A program made the position numbers and the translations under genes. The notes under the pieces are model-generated. The model was not told the origin of the DNA, ran no database searches, and saw only the letters and a program-made list of their open reading frames with translations. Positions 1-10,074 of a stretch of 64,000 nucleotides of DNA are shown piece by piece. Each line of letters starts with the position of its first letter. Position 1 is the first letter of the stretch. This DNA is from Bacteroidia bacterium (lineage in GTDB: Bacteria; Bacteroidota; Bacteroidia; NS11-12g; UBA9320). The DNA lies in contig CBDCFW010000005.1 of the NCBI GenBank assembly GCA_965216465.1, positions 256,001-320,000 on the forward strand. Direction: 5' to 3'.

Positions 1-40
1 TGGTTAACAACAGGGCTCCTAGTAATGTGGTGAATTTCAC
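1..40 (-). CDS. 5' end of a secreted protein running off the window (MKFTTLLGALLLT...)
   Basis: Minus strand reads GTG AAA TTC ACC ACA TTA CTA GGA GCC CTG TTG TTA ACC from 40, open to the edge; typical Sec signal peptide n/h region. Not in the ORF track. Confidence 0.55.
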   Translation of the reverse strand, partial: MKFTTLLGALLLT

Positions 41-46
41 ATTGCA

Positions 47-93
47 ATGTTATTGAGACTATGTTATGTTTATGTTAAGTGAATACTAAGTTA
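47..93 (-). promoter_or_regulatory. TAACAT direct repeats, candidate OmpR/PhoB-family site
   Basis: atgtta at 47-52, 61-66 and 72-77 (last two 11 bp apart), aagtta at 88-93. Confidence 0.4.
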
Positions 94-132
94 ACCTAGA
101 TAAAATTTCAAAATTTAGCTTCAATTAAATTC

Positions 133-140
133 TAAATTTG
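133..140 (+). promoter_or_regulatory. Bacteroidota -7 promoter element
   Basis: TAAATTTG matches TAnnTTTG; ATG follows after 5 nt. Confidence 0.7.
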
Positions 141-145
141 CCTTC

Positions 146-1792
146 ATGAAATATTTAGCTGTGGTTTTGTTGTTTTTATTGGGATGTTCTAACAACAACA
201 CCCCAAACAAAAACAACTTTGCTGATGAAAAGCTGGTTCACATTTATGAACTTCAGGATCAAAGAGATGCACAGGCATTAATACCATTTCTTAAAGCTAA
301 AAAAGAAAGTCATCGCATAGCGGCTGCTCTGGCCTTTGCTAGTATGAAAGATACAGTTGCAATTCCTTATCTCAGTCAGATGTTGCAGATTGATCAAGAC
401 GAATTGCCTCGACGTGCTGCAGCTCAAGCCTTGGGTCAAATAGGACACATAAAAGCATTGCAAATATTAAAGCCAGCATTTGACTCAGAATTATCTAAAA
501 TCAATCAACGCTATATTCTCGAAGCAATAGGAAAATGTGGAGATGAATCGACCCTCGCTCTATTTGAACAAACTAATTACCAAGACCCTACTCTTCGATC
601 GGGGTGGACTTATGGCGTTTTTAGGTTGAGCTTAAAAAGACATATCTCGGATAGTCTAGCAGAGCGCATGCTAACCACGCTAGAAAAAAATGAATCGGAA
701 CAAGACCAAATTTTAGCTTCGCATTACGTGTACAGGGCGAGTAGACTAGGTAACATAGATTCGACTCGAATTCAAAAGATAATTGACCAAGCAACTTCAA
801 ACCATGTTAAGGAGCGACTTAGCCTGATTTTCAAATCACCTTCAAATAGTGGGGAAACATTTAGCAAGCAATGGCTGATTGAATATGGCAAACTAAACGA
901 CTACGAAAAAGCAGAAAAGATTTCGCGAATTGAAGAGCTAGAAGGCAATGCATCACTGTTTTTACACAACGTCGCTTTAACAGATAGCATGCCCCCTATG
1001 ATTCGAAATGCGGCGTTACAAAAGTTTTTCGATCTGTTTCCGAAAAGGAAGTGGGAAATGGTATACAAAGCCCTAAATTCAGGAGATATGGCAATGCAAA
1101 GTATTGCATGCTACCAAATTCATCAAACCGATAAACTGGTATTCGATTATGATTGGGCCAGCGAACCTTACTTTCAAAAGATTTTTGACGCTTGTCGATC
1201 AATAAGAGATAGCTTAGAACTTCCACGTGAGGCTGAAACATACATCGATGTCTCAAAAGCAATTGAACTTTTAAGCACCAGATTTACATATAGATCTGCC
1301 CCTCCCTTTAAGTATAATCCAGAATACAATCACCCTATCAACTGGGAGCTCACCAAAACCATACCTTCAGATCAAAAGGTTTTAATCAAAACTTCAAAGG
1401 GTGACATTACTTTGCAGTGCTTCGTGAATGATGCACCCGGCACGGTGACTAATTTTATTGCATTGGTCGATTCTGGCTTTTATGATGGTAAGTTCTTTCA
1501 TCGGGTAGTTTCACAGTTTGTAATTCAGGGAGGATGTCCTCGCGGAGACGGATGGGGAAGTTTAGATTGGAGCCAACGCAGCGAGTTTTCAAACTACCAA
1601 GAATACAGTGAAGGAACCGTAGGAATAGCATCCTCTGGAATGGACACCGAAGGCGTTCAATTTTTTATAACGCATTGCCCTACCCCACACCTCGATGGCA
1701 GATACACCATTTTTGCACGAGTTACTGAAGGTATGGATGTTGTAAATTCCATTTCAGTAGGTGATCAAATAATATCGATAAAACGGCTATAA
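146..1792 (+). CDS. Lipoprotein: HEAT-like repeats plus C-terminal cyclophilin-type peptidyl-prolyl isomerase
   Basis: Lipobox LLGC; HEAT-like RIAAALAFA and RRAAAQALGQIG; cyclophilin motifs FHRVVSQFVIQGG, QFFITH, HLDGRYTIF. Confidence 0.9.
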   Translation: MKYLAVVLLFLLGCSNNNTPNKNNFADEKLVHIYELQDQRDAQALIPFLKAKKESHRIAAALAFASMKDTVAIPYLSQMLQIDQDELPRRAAAQALGQIGHIKALQILKPAFDSELSKINQRYILEAIGKCGDESTLALFEQTNYQDPTLRSGWTYGVFRLSLKRHISDSLAERMLTTLEKNESEQDQILASHYVYRASRLGNIDSTRIQKIIDQATSNHVKERLSLIFKSPSNSGETFSKQWLIEYGKLNDYEKAEKISRIEELEGNASLFLHNVALTDSMPPMIRNAALQKFFDLFPKRKWEMVYKALNSGDMAMQSIACYQIHQTDKLVFDYDWASEPYFQKIFDACRSIRDSLELPREAETYIDVSKAIELLSTRFTYRSAPPFKYNPEYNHPINWELTKTIPSDQKVLIKTSKGDITLQCFVNDAPGTVTNFIALVDSGFYDGKFFHRVVSQFVIQGGCPRGDGWGSLDWSQRSEFSNYQEYSEGTVGIASSGMDTEGVQFFITHCPTPHLDGRYTIFARVTEGMDVVNSISVGDQIISIKRL

Positions 1793-1855
1793 GTCGCAAC
1801 TTGGTCATTTCTGTTTTTTCTTTTTGCATTTATCTGATACTCTGCCAATAAATTC

Positions 1856-1863
1856 TAACTTTG
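1856..1863 (+). promoter_or_regulatory. -7 promoter element of porQ
   Basis: TAACTTTG 16 nt before ATG 1880. Confidence 0.65.
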
Positions 1864-1879
1864 AGACGTTAAAACATCC

Positions 1880-2920
1880 ATGCGAAAACTAGTTTTACTC
1901 CTCTTTCTGGCTTGCAGTATTTTATCCTTTGCTCAAATTGGAGGATCTACGGCATTTACATTTGCGTTGATTGAAAACAGTGCACGGCATACGGCCTTAG
2001 GAGGCGTATCAATTGCAAATTCTGATCGTGATCCTGCAGCTGGATATCAAAATCCTAGTTTAATAAATCCTGAGATGCACAACAGTGTTTCACTTTCGTA
2101 TGCGAATCATGTAGCAGATCTTAATCACGGTTTTGTTAGCTATGGCTTAGACTTTGATAGCCTCGGAACATTTTTAATAAGCTCGGGCTATTTTGATTAC
2201 GGTGAGTTTGTAAGAACCAATAATGCAGGTGATATTGAAGGTGCATTTCGAGCTGCAGACTATACCTTTCAAATTGGTTATGCGCGACCTCTTAATGACA
2301 AGCTCAGTTTAGGAGCAAATGGCAAGTTTTTATATTCTGCTTACGAAGCATATGTAAGTACTGCAGGAGCCATTGATTTGGGGTTGGCCTATATGGATAG
2401 CTCTAAATTGTTGAGTGCGGGTCTGGTTATTAAGAATATGGGCTATCAATTTATACGATACAGTCCGTCAAGCCCGAGAGAACCGTTGCCTTTCGACATT
2501 CAAGCTAGTGTAAGTAAGAAACTTGAGCATAACCCGCTTCGATTTACATTAACGCTTCATAATTTACATCGCTGGAACAACTCTTATGTTAATATCAATT
2601 CTCGTAATAAAGAAATTGATCTAGAAACAGGAACGATTAAAAACCAAGAGTTATCATTCGGCGACAAGGCAATGCGTCACGTTATCTTTAACACGGAATT
2701 TGTATTTTCAGATAACTTTCAAATTCGTGCAGGATACAACCATCAACGAAGAGCGGAACTTTCCCCTGAGAATAGAAGAGCTTTAACTGGATTTAGCTGG
2801 GGATTTGGTATTGGAATCAAGAAATTCTTCTTGAGTTACGGCAGTGCAGGCTACTTCCCAGGTGTAGCAACTAAGTACTTTTCGGTATCTCGTGACCTCT
2901 CTACCTTCAAGAAGAAATAA
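1880..2920 (+). CDS. porQ: Type IX secretion system outer-membrane protein PorQ (PorV/PorQ family)
   Basis: Signal peptide; SARHTALGG, NPSLIN, RAGYNHQRRAEL and GFSWGFG motifs; position upstream of cmk. Confidence 0.85.
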   Translation: MRKLVLLLFLACSILSFAQIGGSTAFTFALIENSARHTALGGVSIANSDRDPAAGYQNPSLINPEMHNSVSLSYANHVADLNHGFVSYGLDFDSLGTFLISSGYFDYGEFVRTNNAGDIEGAFRAADYTFQIGYARPLNDKLSLGANGKFLYSAYEAYVSTAGAIDLGLAYMDSSKLLSAGLVIKNMGYQFIRYSPSSPREPLPFDIQASVSKKLEHNPLRFTLTLHNLHRWNNSYVNINSRNKEIDLETGTIKNQELSFGDKAMRHVIFNTEFVFSDNFQIRAGYNHQRRAELSPENRRALTGFSWGFGIGIKKFFLSYGSAGYFPGVATKYFSVSRDLSTFKKK

Positions 2921-2970
2921 CCCGTGTGTTAAATCTTTTTCGCAAATCAGGGTAAATTAAAAAATAGTTA

Positions 2971-2978
2971 TATGTTTG
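2971..2978 (+). promoter_or_regulatory. -7 promoter element of cmk
   Basis: TATGTTTG 7 nt before the TTG start. Confidence 0.6.
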
Positions 2979-2985
2979 ATGTGTC

Positions 2986-3681
2986 TTGACACGGAAAATC
3001 AATATTGCCATTGATGGTCACTCAAGCTGTGGAAAAGGAACACTAGCCAAAAACTTAGCTAAAGAACTAGGCTATACTTTTATCGATAGCGGTGCCATGT
3101 ACAGAGCGGTTACACTCTATCTGATTCAGAATGGATATACCTTAGATGATGTTCGAGAAGATCCTGCCCTCTTAGGCAATATCAAAATTTCATTTCATTA
3201 CGACCCCATCAAAGAATTTTACAAAACGCATTTAAACGGTGTTGATGTTGAAACTGAAATTCGAAGTCAAGATATCAATCGAAAAGTAAGTGCAGTTAGT
3301 GCTGTTGAAGAAATCAGAACTTTTTTATTGTCTCAGCAACAAAATATTGGAAAAGACAAGGGTGTTGTTATGGATGGCCGAGATATTGGAACCGCTGTAT
3401 TTCCAGAGGCAGAATTAAAGATCTTTATGACAGCTTCACCTGAAATTAGAGCTAAAAGAAGATATGAAGAGCTTACCAAAAAAGGAGTTCACGTTAATTT
3501 TCAGGAAGTGTTGCACAACATCAGAGAGCGAGACTACCTTGACTCAACCCGTGAGCTTAGCCCTCTAGCTAAAGCAGAAGATGCAATTACGCTCGACAAT
3601 ACTTCAATGACCAAAAAAGAGCAAGCTAAACTCGCCTTACAATGGGCAAAAGGAGTAATACGTGCTTTAGAAGTAATGTAA
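2986..3681 (+). CDS. cmk: Cytidylate kinase
   Basis: IAIDGHSSCGKGT P-loop, DSGAMYRA, VMDGRDIGT, RDYLDSTR. Confidence 0.97.
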   Translation: MTRKINIAIDGHSSCGKGTLAKNLAKELGYTFIDSGAMYRAVTLYLIQNGYTLDDVREDPALLGNIKISFHYDPIKEFYKTHLNGVDVETEIRSQDINRKVSAVSAVEEIRTFLLSQQQNIGKDKGVVMDGRDIGTAVFPEAELKIFMTASPEIRAKRRYEELTKKGVHVNFQEVLHNIRERDYLDSTRELSPLAKAEDAITLDNTSMTKKEQAKLALQWAKGVIRALEVM

Positions 3682-3684
3682 AAG

Positions 3685-6600
3685 TTAGCGTAAGATGGTG
3701 ACGGTACCTTTCTTGATGTATCGGCGGTTATCCCAACCTTTATAAATAACAACCCAAACATATACATTGCTGTTATGAAGGTTATCGTTTTTGTATTCGC
3801 CAGACCACTCTATGTTTTTATCTGTAGTTTCAAAAACCTTCTCTCCCCAGCGATTGTAAATTCTCATTTCAAATTCCTTAACAAATACATCACTCCAACC
3901 AAATTCATCGTTGAGGTTATTACCGTCTGAAGTAACTGCATTTGGCACAAACACCAACGGTGGTTGAATCAAGTAGATATCATTACTTCTACTGGTTGCA
4001 TTGTGGCTACCAGGACCTTCATAGGCCATCACACTATACCAATACCCTCCCCAGTCAAAGTCGAGGTTGGAATCGTCATAATCACGAACTCCTGAATTTA
4101 CACGAACAATTGGTCTTAGGTTTCCTGTATCTACCGATCGAAGTAATTCATATTCCGCTACACCCCCGGCCCAGCTTAGATATTCATCCCAATTGAGATC
4201 GAATAAGAATCGTGGCTTTACTTTTTCTCCATTGTCGACACTTTCTCCTCTGATTACGATGTTGCATCCATAATTACTAAGCTTACTCAGATGACCACAA
4301 TCGTCGCTGACTTTTATTTGATAACAGTAAGAGAGGTTATCTACATCAACATCTTCGTCAATGTAAATGGTATCGTTAATATCGTAGATAGATTTAATGT
4401 AGTTCAGTGTAGTCTTACCTCTTTCTGATTTATACAATTCGTAATGCCCAAAGTCATCTTCTTGAGACTTTAACCAGACTACTTTTAGAACGTCTTCTTC
4501 AACAGTAACAGTTTTGAGATATGTTGCTTCAACAGGAACTTCATGCTCCTTAACGCTACTTAAATCATAAGATTTATTGCCAACAATGCCGCATTTGTTC
4601 TCTACTATTAAGAAGTAGGTGTAATTGCTAGACCTCGGACTTATTACATCGAAATCTTCATACAAACCAGCTCCAGATGAATAAAATGTATCCAATACCG
4701 TAGTATTTCCATTTGGATCGACCTTATAAAGATACATTCTATGGAAATAACGCGTAGGGTTGGTTAAGGCTTCCCATTCTAATCGAATTCCATTTTGATT
4801 AATAAAATTGAGACATATTACCTCTGGAGGATCAATCGGAGGAGGTGGAAGTACAACTATTTTAAACAGCGATAAACTGTCTTTAGAACCTGGGCATCCA
4901 ATATCAACTGCATGTGCATAAACAGTAAACGTATCACCAATGTGCTCACAACCTGGATTTACTGTAAAGTTTGCCTCCACTTTTTCGTGGCCAATGTATT
5001 GATCTTGTCGATTTTGAAATGCATCTCTAATCTCATCCTGGTATGAGAAGTTCACGATTATTGTATCTTGATCAGGGTCTGTAATAACATAGGTAAAATC
5101 AAGCGTATCTAATGCTGTAACCGAGTATAATTCTTCTTTTAATCGAGGCTTTCTGTTCAAGTTTCCAAACGCCAATTTAAATGATGCATTACTACATCTC
5201 GGGCTTGGATTGTTTTCAGAGTAAGCACCTGGAGTAGTTGGGAAATCACTTACTCTTGAACTTTGTCCATCTGAAGAAGGTGGACAACTGCTGCAAACAC
5301 TTTGGTAGATAACACCACGCTTATCAAATCTACTCGTTCCTCCATCTACGTGGTCATCCGTTTTATCGCCTCCAAAGTAGGTTGCATATAGCAACTCTTG
5401 CATATCTCTTCTAAAAACACTGAGATGGAAATCATTTCCATCAGTCGTTTTCTGCAGTGCATCTTGCGTTAGTGGCATATCTTTAAGTGGCGATTGTGGC
5501 CCAGTATAAAGGCTGCTTCCCCACCCTGAAACGAAGATCTTTCCGCATTCATCAACCAAAAAGGCATTAACTGTAATGTCTGGGCTATTTCCTCCGCTAC
5601 CATAAACTGTGCTCAGTAAGACTTCGTCAAGATCGCGGTTAAATTTCGATATAAATTGTGAACCGTTGTCGTTGTGATAAACACTGCCATCAATTGGCAT
5701 TTCTCCGTCTGAGTGACCAACAACGAAAATGCTTCCAAACTTGTCGATATCAAGTGAAAGAATCTGGTCGTAAGTTGATGTACCCCAATATGCCGAGCGT
5801 TTTAAAGTTCTCCCGTCGTGACTAATTCGTGCCACAAAACCATCGGCTCTTCCGCCATTATAATTCTCTCCTAATGAATTAGAAACTTCAGGCAGGTTTG
5901 TACTTGTCGTTCCTCCACTGATGTACAAATCTCCATCTTTGGCTACGTCGACACTATAAATTGCTTCAGTACCTGTACCGCCATAATAACTGCACCATTT
6001 TACTTGGTCGATATTGGGAGAAAGACAGAACACTACTCCATCTTGACCTTGATTGTATGTACGCTGAAATACTCCAAGCGTAGTTGGGAAGTCAGTTGAG
6101 CGTGTACAAGTCGCAACGAAGATGTTGCCAGATGAATCTAGATTTACTTCACCTCTAAAGTCATCTGCATAGAAATATCGTGTACTTGCTCGTTCATTAA
6201 GTCCATCGTTTGAAGATCCTCCGATATAGGTTGATCCGATTAAGCTCGTACCTGAAGCATTAAACTTAGTAACTACAATATCAGTCCCTCCAGCATTTCC
6301 CCAATATGGTGCAGTGACTTCTGTAGGGTAGTTTCCAGAGTACGAAGTACCAAATACAATAAGGTTATTTTGAGCATCAACGACTAAACTGTGTGGATAC
6401 TCATCGCTACTTCCTCCGAGATAGGTAGCATACAATAAATTTGACCCAGATGAATCGTACTTACTAATCGAAATATCGCACGCAAGATTTGCCGGTTCAA
6501 AACCAGAACCGCCATTAAAGGTTTGGTCAAAAGCGCCAATTGTTGCAGGATAGCTCCCGGCAAAAGTGGTGGGGCTAGTCACAATTCCTCCTGCATATAG

Positions 6601-7449
6601 ATTTCCGCTGCTATCGAAAGTAGCTGTAAATCCAAAGTTATCTACCGAAGAGCCACTATAGGTTGAGAATATCAGCTCAGGATCAATGACTGTAGTCGAC
6701 CCTTCCAATTTATCAAGTGCTTTAAACCCAATCTTGCCGTCACGCTTTACATACTCCATGCGAACGGTTTGCTTCACTCCATTTTCGATGGTGTAGGATA
6801 TAGGCATTACTTCAGAGAACTTTCCAAATTCAGTTTCTATAGTTAATCGATCTGGTTTTACTTGATAATCTGACGCTCCTAAAATATCGATATTAATATC
6901 GTTGATGTCTGCGCCCTCTTTCAAAATGAAATTGTACTTAAATCGTTGATCTATTGCTTCGAATTCAAGATCGATATGGGGATAGATGTCTGAAAAGAGT
7001 ATGGTCGTGTGTTTTTTAACACCACTTGTCCATTTCGTTCGGTCTTTGCCTAGGTAAAAATTATAGTATTCGCTGTTTGTAGTAGTACCATAATGACGTG
7101 ACAAGTCTGCACCAACAAAATTGAATTTTACATGGTGAAAACGCAGCGTTCTTTCAGAAGCCACTTTTTGTTTAACATGATCGTGTTCGTCGTGATCGTG
7201 GGCATGGTATTCTTCGATCCAAGAAATCCATTTCTCATTGTCGTGTTGCAGGACTGAAAAACCAGTTTGATCAATGTAAATAGTTTGGTGGTCGAAATCA
7301 GCTTTATAGTTTACAATAGGGTTCCATTGACCCTTATTTTCTAAAAAACCAGTTTGACCAAAAACCCCTAAATCGCAAAGAAGAAAGAGAATTACATATG
7401 ACAACCAAGATTTGTACAAAACAGCCTGCTCTATTATACAGACTTGCAA
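3685..7449 (-). CDS. Large T9SS cargo: SBBP beta-propeller repeats, Ig/Fn3-like domains, type B (gliding-associated) C-terminal domain; likely start TTG 7419
   Basis: FLENKGQW N-terminus; repeated YATYLGGS/STYIGGS and SxDFPTT; C-terminal FVPNAVTSDGNNLND...IYNRWGE...KGTVTILR. Confidence 0.88.
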   Translation of the reverse strand: MQVCIIEQAVLYKSWLSYVILFLLCDLGVFGQTGFLENKGQWNPIVNYKADFDHQTIYIDQTGFSVLQHDNEKWISWIEEYHAHDHDEHDHVKQKVASERTLRFHHVKFNFVGADLSRHYGTTTNSEYYNFYLGKDRTKWTSGVKKHTTILFSDIYPHIDLEFEAIDQRFKYNFILKEGADINDINIDILGASDYQVKPDRLTIETEFGKFSEVMPISYTIENGVKQTVRMEYVKRDGKIGFKALDKLEGSTTVIDPELIFSTYSGSSVDNFGFTATFDSSGNLYAGGIVTSPTTFAGSYPATIGAFDQTFNGGSGFEPANLACDISISKYDSSGSNLLYATYLGGSSDEYPHSLVVDAQNNLIVFGTSYSGNYPTEVTAPYWGNAGGTDIVVTKFNASGTSLIGSTYIGGSSNDGLNERASTRYFYADDFRGEVNLDSSGNIFVATCTRSTDFPTTLGVFQRTYNQGQDGVVFCLSPNIDQVKWCSYYGGTGTEAIYSVDVAKDGDLYISGGTTSTNLPEVSNSLGENYNGGRADGFVARISHDGRTLKRSAYWGTSTYDQILSLDIDKFGSIFVVGHSDGEMPIDGSVYHNDNGSQFISKFNRDLDEVLLSTVYGSGGNSPDITVNAFLVDECGKIFVSGWGSSLYTGPQSPLKDMPLTQDALQKTTDGNDFHLSVFRRDMQELLYATYFGGDKTDDHVDGGTSRFDKRGVIYQSVCSSCPPSSDGQSSRVSDFPTTPGAYSENNPSPRCSNASFKLAFGNLNRKPRLKEELYSVTALDTLDFTYVITDPDQDTIIVNFSYQDEIRDAFQNRQDQYIGHEKVEANFTVNPGCEHIGDTFTVYAHAVDIGCPGSKDSLSLFKIVVLPPPPIDPPEVICLNFINQNGIRLEWEALTNPTRYFHRMYLYKVDPNGNTTVLDTFYSSGAGLYEDFDVISPRSSNYTYFLIVENKCGIVGNKSYDLSSVKEHEVPVEATYLKTVTVEEDVLKVVWLKSQEDDFGHYELYKSERGKTTLNYIKSIYDINDTIYIDEDVDVDNLSYCYQIKVSDDCGHLSKLSNYGCNIVIRGESVDNGEKVKPRFLFDLNWDEYLSWAGGVAEYELLRSVDTGNLRPIVRVNSGVRDYDDSNLDFDWGGYWYSVMAYEGPGSHNATSRSNDIYLIQPPLVFVPNAVTSDGNNLNDEFGWSDVFVKEFEMRIYNRWGEKVFETTDKNIEWSGEYKNDNLHNSNVYVWVVIYKGWDNRRYIKKGTVTILR

Positions 7450-7477
7450 GATACTAAAAAGGTTGCTTAGTTACGCT

Positions 7478-9772
7478 CTAATTTTGGTTCGGATCGTAGT
7501 AAAATGTACGAACGGCGTAAGAATATTTACTTCCGTCTGACAATGTAACGTTCACCTCAAAAAGTGATTTGGGTGGAAGAGCGGATTTTTCGTACTGAGG
7601 CTTAAACACCAAAGTAGGCGCCCCATATCCTTCTACTAGCTTTTCAACCTTTACTTCTAAAGGCTTTCCGTCTTGTGAAACCTCAATTACAGCACTATCC
7701 AAATCTCGGTACATTGAGAATGTCCAATTTTCGAATAACATCATTTGTGGGATATCACCTTTTGGCGGCCAACAAACAGGATTTTCCATGTACATTGAAC
7801 TATCCGTTGAACCCGAGTCATCTAATGCCCAAATTACCGCAACATCACGTGTTGATCCATGTCCGTAAATTTGACCATTTGGATATAGCAGCCATCTTCT
7901 GTTTCCTGCACTTGGATTCTTATCATCCATAATGTAAGTCACTGCCAATGAAGTATTTGCATCCTTAATCAACAATGAATGCTTCGCTGCATATGCACCG
8001 TCTGCCGTATAACATCTCCAGCTTTTAGGTGGCTCATGTTCAAGTTTTCTATTTACCGTCATCATAAACGCAGCCTGTTGACAATATTCATTAGTTGCGG
8101 GGTCGAAGAATATTTCAGGAACACCAGCATTTCTTCTAAAATAGTTAATACGATTAGCTACTTTTTGCTGAATATCATCTTCGACAGTTCCGGCTTGGCA
8201 TCTACTGAGATCGCCGTTCCATTCAAAGGCGTCGATTACGTTTCCTTCATCATCTTTTCCTTTTGTTTTAGTTAAGAAATAGTTGTGATAAAAGTCTTCT
8301 TTGGCGATGTAGTGTCTTCTCTCAGAATAATCGGCATCTGGAGCATAGGCCATCTGCTCTGCAAAAACTTGATTTACTTCTGCAAATCGATTCGCTGCAA
8401 CTAAAAGGCCAAGATACTTGTCATTAATTGCCAAAATACGCTCAAGATCGTCTGCTGACTTAGTTGAATCGTATTCGTCTTTCATCAACATATAAATTGC
8501 TCCTTGTTCATCTACAGTGGTTCTTACCACTTCCTTTTCAGCGATAATTTTTCTTCTTAACTCTACTAAGCCAGAATTGTCTGGATAGCGCTTAATAGCC
8601 TGTTTTAAGATAAAGGTTGCAAAAGATAATCCCTTCGTTTTATATGCATAATCTGAAATCACAGCCCAACGTTCTGCTATGTCAGGTGCAGTGTCAGATT
8701 TCGCGGTGTTGTTAATGTATTTGTTAAGTACATGCTCTGCACTGATGTTATGATTATAGGTTTGGAAATACTCGGCAAGTTTCCAAAGCACATTTTCTGA
8801 TTTGGGTTCAACAAAAACATCGGTTCGTTTAATTTTCGATGCATTTTTTGACTTAGAGCGTTCAACTTTCTCACTAACAAATTTGGCAATGAGTTGATTA
8901 GCATCATCATGCAAGTCGTTCATCAGCTTGTGTTTGATTAGAAAGATATAAATAGAATTCTCTTTGTGTAGTAGGTCTTTATCAGCAGGAACGAATTCTA
9001 ACACTTCTTGAACGTAATCTAGCAGTTGCTGAGAAGGAGGCATCGTTTTAGCGATATCAAGTGTGATTCCCTTGTGATAGAAATTTAATTTGGCATGGTT
9101 TCCGAAAAATTCACGGCCATTTGCTATCATCAATTTAGCGCTATCGTATTTTCCTTGCTCCCAGTATTTATTAATGAAATAAATATGAGGCTCGGTTTCA
9201 TACTTATTGTCTTCTAGAACACCATTCTCTAAATCTTCATTATACCAAGCAAGTAAGTCTTTGTATTGCTTTTCGCACTTAGCTGTATCTTCATAAGCAA
9301 GGGCACTCTTAGCAGACATCATATAAGCAAAACGATTGCCATTCAGCATATACGACAAGTCAAACATTGCCGAAGCCTTAGACATTTTGTTAATGTTGTA
9401 TTTTGCCATTGCTTCTTCATTTTGACGTTCCGCTAGCTCATCAACAAATTCTTCAAATTCAGGACCAACTGTGCTGTCTTTATCTTTTTTTCTTGCCTTC
9501 TTAACAGCTTTAACTGCATCTTTTACTAGGTCTGGATCCTTTTCAAATGCCAGCGGATCTTTTGCAAGCTCCAATTGAGCCATTGCAAAGTAGTAATAGA
9601 GTTCTGGCATCTTCTTTAGCTCAGGATCGTCCATGTAAGCTAGACCCAGTTTCTGAGCACGTTTATAATTGCCATCTTCTAAGGCCCATTCCATCTTTTC
9701 TAATTGACCAAAAGATGTTAGGGTTATAACAACCAGTGTCAGGGTAAATAACGGTTTTGTTAATCTTGTCAT
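7478..9772 (-). CDS. Secreted helical-repeat (TPR-like) protein with C-terminal CAP/SCP domain
   Basis: Signal peptide from ATG 9772 (track start 9811); long helical region; CAP motifs RINYFRRNAG, CQQAAFMM, LEHEPP, GNRRWLL. Confidence 0.75.
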   Translation of the reverse strand: MTRLTKPLFTLTLVVITLTSFGQLEKMEWALEDGNYKRAQKLGLAYMDDPELKKMPELYYYFAMAQLELAKDPLAFEKDPDLVKDAVKAVKKARKKDKDSTVGPEFEEFVDELAERQNEEAMAKYNINKMSKASAMFDLSYMLNGNRFAYMMSAKSALAYEDTAKCEKQYKDLLAWYNEDLENGVLEDNKYETEPHIYFINKYWEQGKYDSAKLMIANGREFFGNHAKLNFYHKGITLDIAKTMPPSQQLLDYVQEVLEFVPADKDLLHKENSIYIFLIKHKLMNDLHDDANQLIAKFVSEKVERSKSKNASKIKRTDVFVEPKSENVLWKLAEYFQTYNHNISAEHVLNKYINNTAKSDTAPDIAERWAVISDYAYKTKGLSFATFILKQAIKRYPDNSGLVELRRKIIAEKEVVRTTVDEQGAIYMLMKDEYDSTKSADDLERILAINDKYLGLLVAANRFAEVNQVFAEQMAYAPDADYSERRHYIAKEDFYHNYFLTKTKGKDDEGNVIDAFEWNGDLSRCQAGTVEDDIQQKVANRINYFRRNAGVPEIFFDPATNEYCQQAAFMMTVNRKLEHEPPKSWRCYTADGAYAAKHSLLIKDANTSLAVTYIMDDKNPSAGNRRWLLYPNGQIYGHGSTRDVAVIWALDDSGSTDSSMYMENPVCWPPKGDIPQMMLFENWTFSMYRDLDSAVIEVSQDGKPLEVKVEKLVEGYGAPTLVFKPQYEKSALPPKSLFEVNVTLSDGSKYSYAVRTFYYDPNQN

Positions 9773-9789
9773 TTCTTCTACAATTATAT

Positions 9790-10074
9790 TTACTTTAATT
9801 TCAAACTCCAAGCCATTGCCTTACTTGCAAACAATGCTTTCGTTTTAGGCCAAATAATGGAGAATGCTTCTGAATTTCTATAATTTTCCAAGCTTTCAGG
9901 ATTTAGCCACAAGCTGTGTGTAAAAATGATGTTTTTATCATTTTCATCTTGGTACAGTTTGAGTTTCAATATTCCAGGCATGGATTCAATCTGCGACTTA
10001 ATGGTTTTAAAATAAGCTAAAAAGCTATCTGTTTCTTCCGGGCGAAAATGCATTTTCACTAATCGTAATATCAT
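9790..10074 (-). CDS. Antibiotic biosynthesis monooxygenase (ABM) family protein
   Basis: 94 aa; RLVKMHF, PGILKLKLYQD, FTHSLW, LENYRNSEAF. Confidence 0.85.
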   Translation of the reverse strand: MILRLVKMHFRPEETDSFLAYFKTIKSQIESMPGILKLKLYQDENDKNIIFTHSLWLNPESLENYRNSEAFSIIWPKTKALFASKAMAWSLKLK

